Notes: generated by a model from the letters alone, not told the origin. A stretch of DNA of 59,722 nucleotides from a virus (IMGVR_UViG_3300037504_000748:1-59722), one strand, 5' to 3'; counted from the stretch's first letter, positions 1 through 6,560 are shown. Program-made: numbers and translations.

Positions 1-127
1 CATCTTGAGCCGCCTCGCAGTCCAGTATCCGTTCAACTTGCCGATGGTGCTGCGTGTGATAAACCAGGACCATATACTGACGGAGAAAAGACGATGAGAA
101 CGGACATCGCGTTGTTGGGCGGATGCC
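1..127. repeat. Terminal direct repeat, left copy (identical to 59596-59722)
   Basis: Exact 127-nt duplication of the window end. The ORF at 59426 continues across the junction. The length is typical of an assembler k-mer overlap, so the genome is circular and complete. Confidence 0.95.
105..120 (-). repeat. Truncated attC-like half site
   Basis: Minus strand reads GCCCAAC-AACGC-GATG, matching the R''-spacer-L'' start of the full sites. The rest of the hairpin is missing. Confidence 0.5.
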
Positions 128-146
128 CAAAGAATAAGGAAACACA

Positions 147-398
147 ATGAAAGAGATCACAGTCACAATACAGGCATTCGACAAGGCTATCGAAGCCCTG
201 GCGTTCTACGCCAACCCCGAAAGCTACCACGCAATTTCAATCTTCGGGGATCGCCCGTGCGGGGAATTTGCCGACGATATGGACGAAAACCACGGTTTTG
301 ACCTATATGATAGGCCCATGCCGGGAAGCCGCGCAAGAGAAGCGTTGCGCGCAATGGGAATCAAAGTGGGCGGAACAGCAGAGGACGATGACACCTAG
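147..398 (+). CDS. Hypothetical protein (attC-flanked cassette gene 1)
   Basis: 83 aa ORF with a GAGGA RBS, lying between attC-like sites. Confidence 0.8.
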   Translation: MKEITVTIQAFDKAIEALAFYANPESYHAISIFGDRPCGEFADDMDENHGFDLYDRPMPGSRAREALRAMGIKVGGTAEDDDT

Positions 399-402
399 CC
401 CA

Positions 403-460
403 CCCAAACCCACCAAGATCAGCGGCGCCGAAGGCGTCCGCCTGCATCGCCTTGTTGGGC
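403..460 (-). repeat. attC-like integron recombination site 1
   Basis: Minus strand: GCCCAAC-AAGGC-GATGCAGGCGG...CCGCTGATC-TTGGTGG-GTT, an imperfect palindrome with unpaired bases. Confidence 0.75.
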
Positions 461-478
461 GAGGAGGAGTAAGAAATC

Positions 479-727
479 ATGAGCATGAATGTCATCGACA
501 TCATTGCGGCAGTGCTGGCCGAGCACCAGGAGACACTGGGGGGCCATATCGCGCTCGCCGAAATCACCAGCGAACGTAAAGGACGCTCGCAGCCAAGCGA
601 TGTGCCTGGCGTTTCCACGGAATGGGTGGAGCAGTTCGGCGACGAGGCCGCCGGCGTGCCGTACCACGGAAACGTGTACATTGAACTGGCCCCAGGCCAG
701 TACGGGCGCTTTGAGTTTCAAACCTAG
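479..727 (+). CDS. Hypothetical protein (cassette gene 2)
   Basis: 82 aa ORF with a GGAGGAG RBS right after the attC-like site. Confidence 0.8.
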   Translation: MSMNVIDIIAAVLAEHQETLGGHIALAEITSERKGRSQPSDVPGVSTEWVEQFGDEAAGVPYHGNVYIELAPGQYGRFEFQT

Positions 728-731
728 CCCA

Positions 732-788
732 CCCAAACCCACCAAGATCAGCGGCGCCGTAGGCGTCCGCTGCATTGCCTTGTTGGGC
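732..788 (-). repeat. attC-like site 2
   Basis: Minus strand GCCCAACAAGGCAATGCAGCGGACGCCTACGGCGCCGCTGATCTTGGTGGGTT shows an R''-5nt-L''...L'-R' layout with two extrahelical bases. Confidence 0.8.
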
Positions 789-829
789 GGCGATGCAACG
801 CATTTACCAAGCCCATCGGAGAAAAACAC

Positions 830-1171
830 ATGGACCTCAGTATTGACATGGCCGCCGTGCAGGCGGCGGTGAACGAAACCATCACGAAGCAGGTCGCAAA
901 CGCCGCAGTGGGGTATGAGACACAGCAAGCCATCGCGGATGCAATCGGGGATGCGTTTGCCAGCGGAGCGGTCATGGATGCAGTCACCCAAGGGGTGCAG
1001 AGAGCCGACCTAGACGGCATCGCGGATGCCATCTCAAAAGAGATCACAAGGACGGCGGCCAAGATGGCCACTGTAGTCATGCGGGAAGCCATGGTTGATG
1101 CTGTGTGCAAACTCCGTAACATCTACACTGATGAGGCTAAGGCGCGGGTTGCCGCTGAGCTTTCACGCTAG
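830..1171 (+). CDS. Hypothetical protein (cassette gene 3), Ala-rich and probably helical
   Basis: 113 aa ORF with a GGAG RBS. Confidence 0.8.
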   Translation: MDLSIDMAAVQAAVNETITKQVANAAVGYETQQAIADAIGDAFASGAVMDAVTQGVQRADLDGIADAISKEITRTAAKMATVVMREAMVDAVCKLRNIYTDEAKARVAAELSR

Positions 1172-1174
1172 GCT

Positions 1175-1235
1175 GCCCAACCCCAAGCGGTCAGGCGCGC
1201 CGCGAAGCGGTCCGCCTGCAGCGCCGTTGTTCGGC
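1175..1235 (-). repeat. attC-like site 3
   Basis: + strand GCCCAAC...CAGGCG...CGCCTGCAG...GTTCGGC, the same palindromic architecture. Confidence 0.7.
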
Positions 1236-1252
1236 GGCAGATTGGAGATTAC

Positions 1253-1564
1253 ATGAGACGCTACAGGGACAATTACGCCAACCCGGTAGCCGACCAGTGG
1301 TATCGATCGCTCGATGTTCACAAACGTCTTTTTCTGAAAGAGACGTTTGTGGATGTATGTGGGCTATCCTGGGAGACTGCTGGGGTATGTCTCAATATGC
1401 GCGAACGCATTGCGATTTATCACACCAAACTCGTTGCGGAGGGCGTCATCCGGTCGCGTGGGCACGGGGCTCAGCTGCCTAACCCCACCGGGATCATCGA
1501 CGCGTTAGCGTCCGCTGCATTGCCTTGTTGGGCGGTGCTTACGGAAAGGGAAGATCATGGATAA
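1253..1564 (+). CDS. Hypothetical protein (cassette gene 4), reads through attC site 4
   Basis: 103 aa ORF with a GGAG RBS. Its C-terminus LPNPTGIIDALASAALPCWA is translated attC sequence. Confidence 0.7.
   Translation: MRRYRDNYANPVADQWYRSLDVHKRLFLKETFVDVCGLSWETAGVCLNMRERIAIYHTKLVAEGVIRSRGHGAQLPNPTGIIDALASAALPCWAVLTEREDHG
1477..1533 (-). repeat. attC-like site 4
   Basis: + strand GCCTAAC...GTCCGCTGCATTGCCTTGTTGGGC; the right half is identical to site 2. Confidence 0.7.
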
Positions 1565-1784
1565 TAAGTTACGCCAAAAGCTCAAAGAGATCGAAGAGGA
1601 GCTTACGCGACTAACGCATAATGGCGTGCCTACCTGGATGGATTCAGGCAGGCTGGACGTTGGCATACAAGCAATGATGATCGGCTTGGCTGTGAAGGAC
1701 TACGACAAACGGCACTCGGAGGGCATTACCGACGAGTCGCCAGAGTTCGGACCCGGCGGACCACGGGAAAACAGCGGGGCCTGA
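1557..1784 (+). CDS. Hypothetical protein (cassette gene 5)
   Basis: 75 aa ORF with an AGGGAAG RBS. Confidence 0.75.
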   Translation: MDNKLRQKLKEIEEELTRLTHNGVPTWMDSGRLDVGIQAMMIGLAVKDYDKRHSEGITDESPEFGPGGPRENSGA

Positions 1785-1787
1785 TCC

Positions 1788-1846
1788 GCCCAACCACCAA
1801 GATCAGCGGCGGCGGAGCCGTCCGCTCTGAATCGTCCTTGTTGGGC
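1788..1846 (-). repeat. attC-like site 5
   Basis: + strand GCCCAACCACCAAGATCAGCGGCGGCGGAGCCGTCCGCTCTGAATCGTCCTTGTTGGGC with perfect GCCCAAC/GTTGGGC ends. Confidence 0.8.
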
Positions 1847-1865
1847 GCATACGAGGGAGAAGCGA

Positions 1866-2165
1866 ATGCAACGCAGACATACACACACCATACGCGACGG
1901 GCGCGTGACCCGGTTCGCTGAGTCATTTACCGGCACCGGCCGCGACGCTTTCGGGCGAATCTACGAGGACGAGGCCGTCGGACCATATGAGGTCAGCGCA
2001 TCGCGCAGCGAGGTGAGGGTGCACTATGCTAGAATCGCACACCCGAATCGCCTGCCTGAGTTCGTTGCCGCGCTTGAGGCGGCATGGAATGAGCACGAGC
2101 ACTTACTTGCGTGCGACGGCAGGCCGAAGGACGGCGATAATGGCGAGCCGCGCGACTGCGGCTAA
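1866..2165 (+). CDS. Hypothetical protein (cassette gene 6)
   Basis: 99 aa ORF with a GGGAG RBS; the stop codon lies inside the next site's end box. Confidence 0.75.
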   Translation: MQRRHTHTIRDGRVTRFAESFTGTGRDAFGRIYEDEAVGPYEVSASRSEVRVHYARIAHPNRLPEFVAALEAAWNEHEHLLACDGRPKDGDNGEPRDCG

Positions 2166-2216
2166 TCCACAAGATCAGCGGCGCGGTAACGCGTCGACTG
2201 CAGCGCCTGGTTAGGC
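2160..2216 (-). repeat. attC-like site 6
   Basis: + strand GGCTAATCCACAAGATCAGCGGCGCG...CGCGTCGACTGCAGCGCCTGGTTAGGC; one end box is degenerate (AAT for AAC). Confidence 0.65.
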
Positions 2217-2238
2217 CCGGGCAGAGAGGATAAGAACA

Positions 2239-2625
2239 ATGCGTATCCCACCAAGTTACGAAGAAAGAACCATACTACTCGAGCACATCGCCAACGAGGT
2301 CATGGATCATGTGATGCCGGCGCGAAGGAGTGCCGGTGTTGAAGCGACCGACAATCACGCGCTTGTGCGCGCAATCGTGGACAAGACGTTGTGGGAACTA
2401 GAAGAACGCGAGGCAGAGAACCCGATCGACGTCTGCGGAGTACATAATGCGCGCATCGTAGACGAGTGCAGTAACGATGGAATAACACTTGATGAATGGG
2501 TGAAGGACATGGCGGACAAGCTCCGTAACTTTAGAGAAAAGGTGGAGTGTACTGACATGCCAAGCACTATGCTGCCCGGCGATTGGGATGAACAGTTCTT
2601 TGCTTTTCTCGGCTTACAAGAATAA
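2239..2625 (+). CDS. Hypothetical protein
   Basis: 128 aa ORF with a GAGGA RBS, following the last attC-like site. Confidence 0.8.
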   Translation: MRIPPSYEERTILLEHIANEVMDHVMPARRSAGVEATDNHALVRAIVDKTLWELEEREAENPIDVCGVHNARIVDECSNDGITLDEWVKDMADKLRNFREKVECTDMPSTMLPGDWDEQFFAFLGLQE

Positions 2626-2636
2626 AGGACAGCGAC

Positions 2637-3125
2637 ATGGAAACTAAGGATCAGATCATCACCCGTCTGGAGCGTGCTGCGTCGAACAACTGGGATTCGG
2701 CCAACGCTGCACAGGACAGCGCTGATCGGTACAGGCGAGAACGCGACGCGCTGCGTGAGGCCTTAGCGAGTATCTTGGACATGGCCGATCGACCGACCTG
2801 CGCCGAATTCACTGCTCATGCACTACGCATCGCTCGTGATGCACTCAATCCCAGTCGATCCAATGAAGAACCCGAGCGCACGACTGTATGGCAGGAGACG
2901 AAAAACAATTTACCAGCTATCGGAGCCCCGGTGATTCTGTGCAACCCAAATGAGTTCGAAAATTACCCGTTCGACGATCGCTCACGCTGCCGTCAGGAAG
3001 CAGCGTACTTCAACGTTATAGGAGGGGTCGGTTGCTGGAGTACCTTTGGAAGGCGCAGCGTCCCGCTCGTCAGCTTCCCATACTGGGCACACATGCCGAC
3101 GCTACCCGAATCGGACATCGAATAA
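2637..3125 (+). CDS. Hypothetical protein (N-terminal coiled coil; C-terminus resembles DUF551-type W...P.LP domains)
   Basis: 162 aa ORF with an AAGGA RBS, ending YWAHMPTLP. Confidence 0.7.
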   Translation: METKDQIITRLERAASNNWDSANAAQDSADRYRRERDALREALASILDMADRPTCAEFTAHALRIARDALNPSRSNEEPERTTVWQETKNNLPAIGAPVILCNPNEFENYPFDDRSRCRQEAAYFNVIGGVGCWSTFGRRSVPLVSFPYWAHMPTLPESDIE

Positions 3126-3201
3126 CCAGGAAAGGATCCTGCATGTCACAAACACAACCCCACTCAACCTCTGCGCCCGCGAAACGAAGGAGATCTGAAC
3201 A

Positions 3202-3363
3202 GTGAGTAAGGCACAAGAGGATCTGCGGGAGCGCCTGGAGAACGCAATCACCGCAGCAACGCAAGAGTGGGACCTCTGCGCATATGACATTGTTGGTGTG
3301 CTGTGTTGTTTATTATTCTGCTTCCAACACCAAATCGACTCTCTAGACGAAGGAGACAACTGA
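3202..3363 (+). CDS. Small hypothetical protein (53 aa, MSKAQEDLRERLEN...)
   Basis: Read manually: AAGGAG RBS, GTG start, stop overlaps the next ATG. Confidence 0.6.
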   Translation: MSKAQEDLRERLENAITAATQEWDLCAYDIVGVLCCLLFCFQHQIDSLDEGDN

Positions 3364-3554
3364 TGTCCAGGTTCTTCAACATCTGCTGCCTGAGGGCTGG
3401 GGTCGAACCTTCCCATAGGCAGTGGCGGAAATTCCTGAAGGGGCAAGGCTCCGCATATCATTACGCCATTCAGAGCGGCAATAAGAAACGGGCCCGCGAC
3501 GTGATCCGAGAGCACCGACCCGCAACGAAGCTTGAAACGAAACGGTTGATATGA
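3363..3554 (+). CDS. Small basic hypothetical protein
   Basis: AAGGAG RBS, TGATG coupling, begins MSRFFNICC. Confidence 0.65.
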   Translation: MSRFFNICCLRAGVEPSHRQWRKFLKGQGSAYHYAIQSGNKKRARDVIREHRPATKLETKRLI

Positions 3555-3718
3555 TCGCATCGGCCGACGACTACAACCTGCGTGTGCCACCGGTAGTCCG
3601 GCTCCCTGAGCCGTGCCTCTGCGGCGCCCCGGACTGCCCTGTGTGCTTCCCATACTCTTGGCGCGAGTCGCGGGCCGACGAGATAGGTAGCGACGATGAC
3701 GATGACGATGAATCGTAA
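3551..3718 (+). CDS. Small Cys-rich protein (CLCGAPDCPVC) with an acidic tail
   Basis: Read manually; ATGA overlap with the previous gene; 55 aa. Confidence 0.6.
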   Translation: MIASADDYNLRVPPVVRLPEPCLCGAPDCPVCFPYSWRESRADEIGSDDDDDDES

Positions 3719-3830
3719 GCGATTCGATCATCTGACGCTGGCATTGGCAGCTATCACGTGGCTGCTGGCACTGACTCTACTGGTCGTTGCCATCCAATGG
3801 CTATCAGGACCAGTAGGTCAACCGTTGTGA
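3708..3830 (+). CDS. Small single-pass membrane protein (40 aa)
   Basis: Read manually: MNRKRFDHLTLALAAITWLLALTLLVVAIQWLSGPVGQPL. Confidence 0.5.
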   Translation: MNRKRFDHLTLALAAITWLLALTLLVVAIQWLSGPVGQPL

Positions 3831-3919
3831 GCCCGGCTAGTCGGGCGTCAAATCTAGTTGTTGCCTTCTGCCGAGACGCGGGGATACTAGAGGTATCATC
3901 AATCATCATCAAGGAGACC

Positions 3920-4144
3920 ATGATGAGTGACCGCCCCTATCCACAACGCTCTGTCCAGACGTCATTGACGCTGGCCTTACGGGCTCGCGAGAGCCTGGTC
4001 AAAGCGCTCAATGATGTCCGTCATCTGGACAACGTTGCAGCGACTCAGCCTGCTATCGATTGCGCAGAGGTGGCCATGTCGGCCCTACTGCGGCAGTTGA
4101 TCGAAGTGATCGAGGACCGAACCGATCACCCGCGTCGCAGGTGA
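3920..4144 (+). CDS. Hypothetical early protein
   Basis: AAGGAG RBS before ATG 3920; promoter-like sequence at about 3861-3888. Confidence 0.7.
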   Translation: MMSDRPYPQRSVQTSLTLALRARESLVKALNDVRHLDNVAATQPAIDCAEVAMSALLRQLIEVIEDRTDHPRRR

Positions 4145-4211
4145 CTGATCTGAGGAAGGGGCGGCCCATGAGCTGCCCCTTCCTCCGAGCGCCGATCCGA
4201 GCGATTGGTTG

Positions 4212-4259
4212 TTGCCCTCCTCCCTAGTCGCCCTATCATATAGGCATAAGGAGAACAAC
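4212..4259 (+). promoter_or_regulatory. Repeated sigma70-type promoter plus leader (TTGCCC-16-TATCAT...GGCATAAGGAG)
   Basis: -35/-10 boxes followed by a conserved leader and RBS that recur before the neighbouring genes. Confidence 0.75.
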
Positions 4260-4472
4260 ATGACCGCTCAGAACTACACCGCGATCGCGGCCGACGGCAG
4301 CTGCATCACAGGCACTGCCCGGGACTGTAAGGAAGCCTGCTGCGCCATTCGCCGCAGCGCATCTGCTCTTGGCAAAGACATCGTCTGGGCTTTCGTCGGA
4401 AACGCCTACTGCCAATACACCCCCGCTGAAATCGCCGAGATTGCAGGGGTGGAAGATTCCCGCGAGTTCTGA
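4260..4472 (+). CDS. Hypothetical early protein
   Basis: TAAGGAG RBS and its own promoter. Confidence 0.75.
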   Translation: MTAQNYTAIAADGSCITGTARDCKEACCAIRRSASALGKDIVWAFVGNAYCQYTPAEIAEIAGVEDSREF

Positions 4473-4520
4473 TTCGCAACGGCCAGAGGGGGCGGCCTAT
4501 GAGCTGCCCCCGATTGGTTG

Positions 4521-4569
4521 TTGCCATGGTCTCTGCCGTGCCCTATACTATAGACATAAGGAGAACAAG
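4521..4569 (+). promoter_or_regulatory. Repeated promoter plus leader (TTGCCA-17-TATACT...GACATAAGGAG)
   Basis: Consensus-like boxes and the shared leader. Confidence 0.75.
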
Positions 4570-4812
4570 ATGAGTCAGAACAGCAGCCGGCCCAGCGACA
4601 CCTTCCTCAAGGCCTTCGCCATTGCCCGCATGATCCACCCCAACACGGTTGTCAAAGGCGATGAGCGCGGTTACACCCTTTGCGTCGGACGTCGAGCCGA
4701 CAACGACATGCGTCTGGAAGATGCGATGCAACGCGCGCTGGGTGTCGCCTCCTGGAAGATCGGCGTTTGCGCCGATTGCGTCGGTCCCGAAGTCAAGATC
4801 GTCAACATCTGA
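4570..4812 (+). CDS. Hypothetical early protein
   Basis: TAAGGAG RBS and its own promoter. Confidence 0.75.
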   Translation: MSQNSSRPSDTFLKAFAIARMIHPNTVVKGDERGYTLCVGRRADNDMRLEDAMQRALGVASWKIGVCADCVGPEVKIVNI

Positions 4813-4824
4813 AAAACAAAGGGG

Positions 4825-4872
4825 TTGCCCTCCCCCGCAGCCGCCCTATCATATAGGCATAAGGAGAACAAC
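4825..4872 (+). promoter_or_regulatory. Repeated promoter plus leader (TTGCCC-16-TATCAT...GGCATAAGGAG)
   Basis: Nearly identical to 4212-4259. Confidence 0.75.
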
Positions 4873-5064
4873 ATGACCCCTTCAATTCTCGACTTCGCCC
4901 TCGACCTGGCCATCGACGCCATGAACGACTACGACCTGGAAGCCAGCTCTGAATCAGGCATGCAGAGTGTGTTGGACCACGTGGTGGACCAGATCGAGGA
5001 AAACGGCTTGGACCCCGATGAGCTGAATCTCGATGAGTTGAAGGCGCATATTCGCAAGCTGTAA
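4873..5064 (+). CDS. Small, highly acidic early protein
   Basis: TAAGGAG RBS; D/E-rich, 63 aa. Confidence 0.75.
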   Translation: MTPSILDFALDLAIDAMNDYDLEASSESGMQSVLDHVVDQIEENGLDPDELNLDELKAHIRKL

Positions 5065-5107
5065 CCCCGCCAGGCAGGGCTGGCCGGCCCTGCCTGCCAG
5101 AAAGGCG

Positions 5108-5156
5108 TTGCCTGGCTGCCTGCTCTGTAGTATACTGTAGACATAAGGAGAAAGAC
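5108..5156 (+). promoter_or_regulatory. Repeated promoter plus leader (TTGCCT-17-TATACT...GACATAAGGAG)
   Basis: Consensus-like boxes and the shared leader. Confidence 0.75.
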
Positions 5157-5351
5157 ATGAGAGCCACCGTCCACCACGCCCTCCCCTCAGGCCGGACCTC
5201 GAAAACCATCATTGAGGCCGATGCGGCTACCATTTTGAGCCACGTCCAGACCGCCGCCAACAAGGCTGCCCGCGAGGTCGTGACCGTGTGGTTCGACGGA
5301 AAGGCTTTCAAGGGCCTGCCCTCCAACATCCGTGTTGACATCGAGAATTGA
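5157..5351 (+). CDS. Hypothetical early protein
   Basis: 64 aa, TAAGGAG RBS. Confidence 0.75.
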   Translation: MRATVHHALPSGRTSKTIIEADAATILSHVQTAANKAAREVVTVWFDGKAFKGLPSNIRVDIEN

Positions 5352-5383
5352 ACAGGTACAATTCAGGCATAAGGAGAACGAAC
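5335..5383 (+). promoter_or_regulatory. Repeated promoter plus leader (TTGACA-16-TACAAT...GGCATAAGGAG)
   Basis: Near-consensus sigma70 boxes. Confidence 0.75.
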
Positions 5384-5587
5384 ATGCCCAACGCCACCGA
5401 CATCATGACCGCTCTGAAGCATCTGAACGACATGGCTGCGGAGCAGGACCCATTAGGTCCCTCTCACGATCTGGCTGCGAGCCTTTTACAGGAGTTCCAG
5501 AGCTATTGCAGAATCCATAAGCTGGGGCCTGCAGATGAGGTCGAGCTCAATCCAACGCTGTTTGCCGATAAGGGACCGTCGTCCTGA
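5384..5587 (+). CDS. Hypothetical early protein
   Basis: TAAGGAG RBS, begins MPNATD. Confidence 0.75.
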   Translation: MPNATDIMTALKHLNDMAAEQDPLGPSHDLAASLLQEFQSYCRIHKLGPADEVELNPTLFADKGPSS

Positions 5588-5604
5588 GCACCAGCAAATA
5601 GGGG

Positions 5605-5652
5605 TTGCCCTCCCGAACAGCCCTCTTATATTGGGGGCATAAGGAGCACACA
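5605..5652 (+). promoter_or_regulatory. Repeated promoter plus leader (TTGCCC-16-TATATT...GGCATAAGGAG)
   Basis: Same motif family. Confidence 0.7.
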
Positions 5653-5778
5653 ATGACTAACATCGTCGCTTGGGAAGTCACCGTGAACGGCAAGACAAGC
5701 TCTCACGCATCTATCCAACTCGCAATGGACCACATGCGAGTCAATGGCACTGGAACCATGAAGGCAGTCTGGGGTTGA
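5653..5778 (+). CDS. Small early protein (41 aa, MTNIVAWEVTVNGK...)
   Basis: Read manually; TAAGGAG RBS and its own promoter. Confidence 0.7.
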   Translation: MTNIVAWEVTVNGKTSSHASIQLAMDHMRVNGTGTMKAVWG

Positions 5779-5822
5779 CCCTCACACTACACTCCAGACA
5801 ATACAGACATAAGGAGCCAACC
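5775..5822 (+). promoter_or_regulatory. Repeated promoter plus leader (TTGACC-16-GACAAT...GACATAAGGAG)
   Basis: Same motif family. Confidence 0.65.
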
Positions 5823-5975
5823 ATGCGTTTTGAAATCGGAGCCCGACTCACCGTCAACGGCCGCAAAGGCGAGATCATCAACTTCGCCGACACCTGGGAA
5901 TTCGTGGTCGAATGGGACGATGGCGAAGTCACCGTCATCACCGATGAGGAGCCCGGCCTGCTGATCGATTGCTAG
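5823..5975 (+). CDS. Small early protein (SH3-like beta pattern)
   Basis: TAAGGAG RBS; MRFEIGARLTVNGRKGEI...VVEWDDGE. Confidence 0.7.
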   Translation: MRFEIGARLTVNGRKGEIINFADTWEFVVEWDDGEVTVITDEEPGLLIDC

Positions 5976-6004
5976 TTGACTCGGCTTGCCCCGGCCTGTA
6001 TAAT
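5976..6004 (+). promoter_or_regulatory. sigma70-type promoter TTGACT-17-TATAAT
   Basis: Near-perfect consensus. Confidence 0.8.
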
Positions 6005-6085
6005 AGGGGCATGCACAGCCAAGCATTCAAAAGGCTCCACGGCAACCCCGCCGGCTCAACCATCCTTCAGAAAGAGGAGAGCATC

Positions 6086-6379
6086 ATGACCAAGATCGTC
6101 AAACCTACCACCGAGCGCAAGCTCGTCACCCTCACCGACGCCCAGAAGGGCACAGCCAAGCTCTGGTCAACCGTTTACAAGGGCAGCTCCAAAGGCAAGA
6201 TCTTCGACGCATCCTTGCCGAAGAAGTTCACCCTGCAAGACGTCCTCGAAGCCGTCCCGTCGCTGAAGCCGTTCAATGCGCGTCGATTGCTTCGGACCCT
6301 GCAACAAGACGGTTTGCTTTTCGTGGTCGATATCCTGGATCACAACACGTACGTGTACTCGTGGAATCCGACCCTGTGA
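6086..6379 (+). CDS. Putative winged-helix DNA-binding protein
   Basis: GAGGAG RBS; C-terminal FTLQDV...ARRLLRTLQQDGLL...YVY pattern. Confidence 0.5.
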   Translation: MTKIVKPTTERKLVTLTDAQKGTAKLWSTVYKGSSKGKIFDASLPKKFTLQDVLEAVPSLKPFNARRLLRTLQQDGLLFVVDILDHNTYVYSWNPTL

Positions 6380-6451
6380 AATTTTTGCGATTTACATCAC
6401 CAGTGATAGTTTGCAGAGATAACTTACACTGGTGAACTAGATCGCAAAATT
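6380..6451. repeat. Long imperfect AT-rich inverted repeat
   Basis: AATTTTTGCGAT..TCACCAGTG / CACTGGTGA..ATCGCAAAATT. Confidence 0.75.
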
Positions 6452-6560
6452 AAAAATTGGCGCTTGCCACAGTTTTGGAACCCGTTATACTCAAGCTTTC
6501 GATCATTCGATCATTCAAAAGGGCGGCCAGCCCTCAACCCTCCGAGAAAGGAGACCAACC

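Noticed and set aside
1-127. Biological terminal repeat
   Set aside because: It is exactly 127 nt and cuts through an ORF, which is typical of an assembly overlap
361-1122. Minus-strand ORFs across the cassette array (for example 419-991)
   Set aside because: They are shadow frames that translate attC sequence (PNKAMQRT); the plus-strand ORFs have clear RBSs and fit between the sites
393-2216. CRISPR array interpretation of the repeats
   Set aside because: The repeats are about 60 bp and degenerate, and they are separated by 240-390 bp gene-containing segments rather than short spacers; no cas operon is present
403-2216. Repeats as ordinary rho-independent terminators
   Set aside because: There are no U tracts, and the conserved AAC/GTT end boxes and asymmetric bulges fit attC better; an RNA-level role is not excluded
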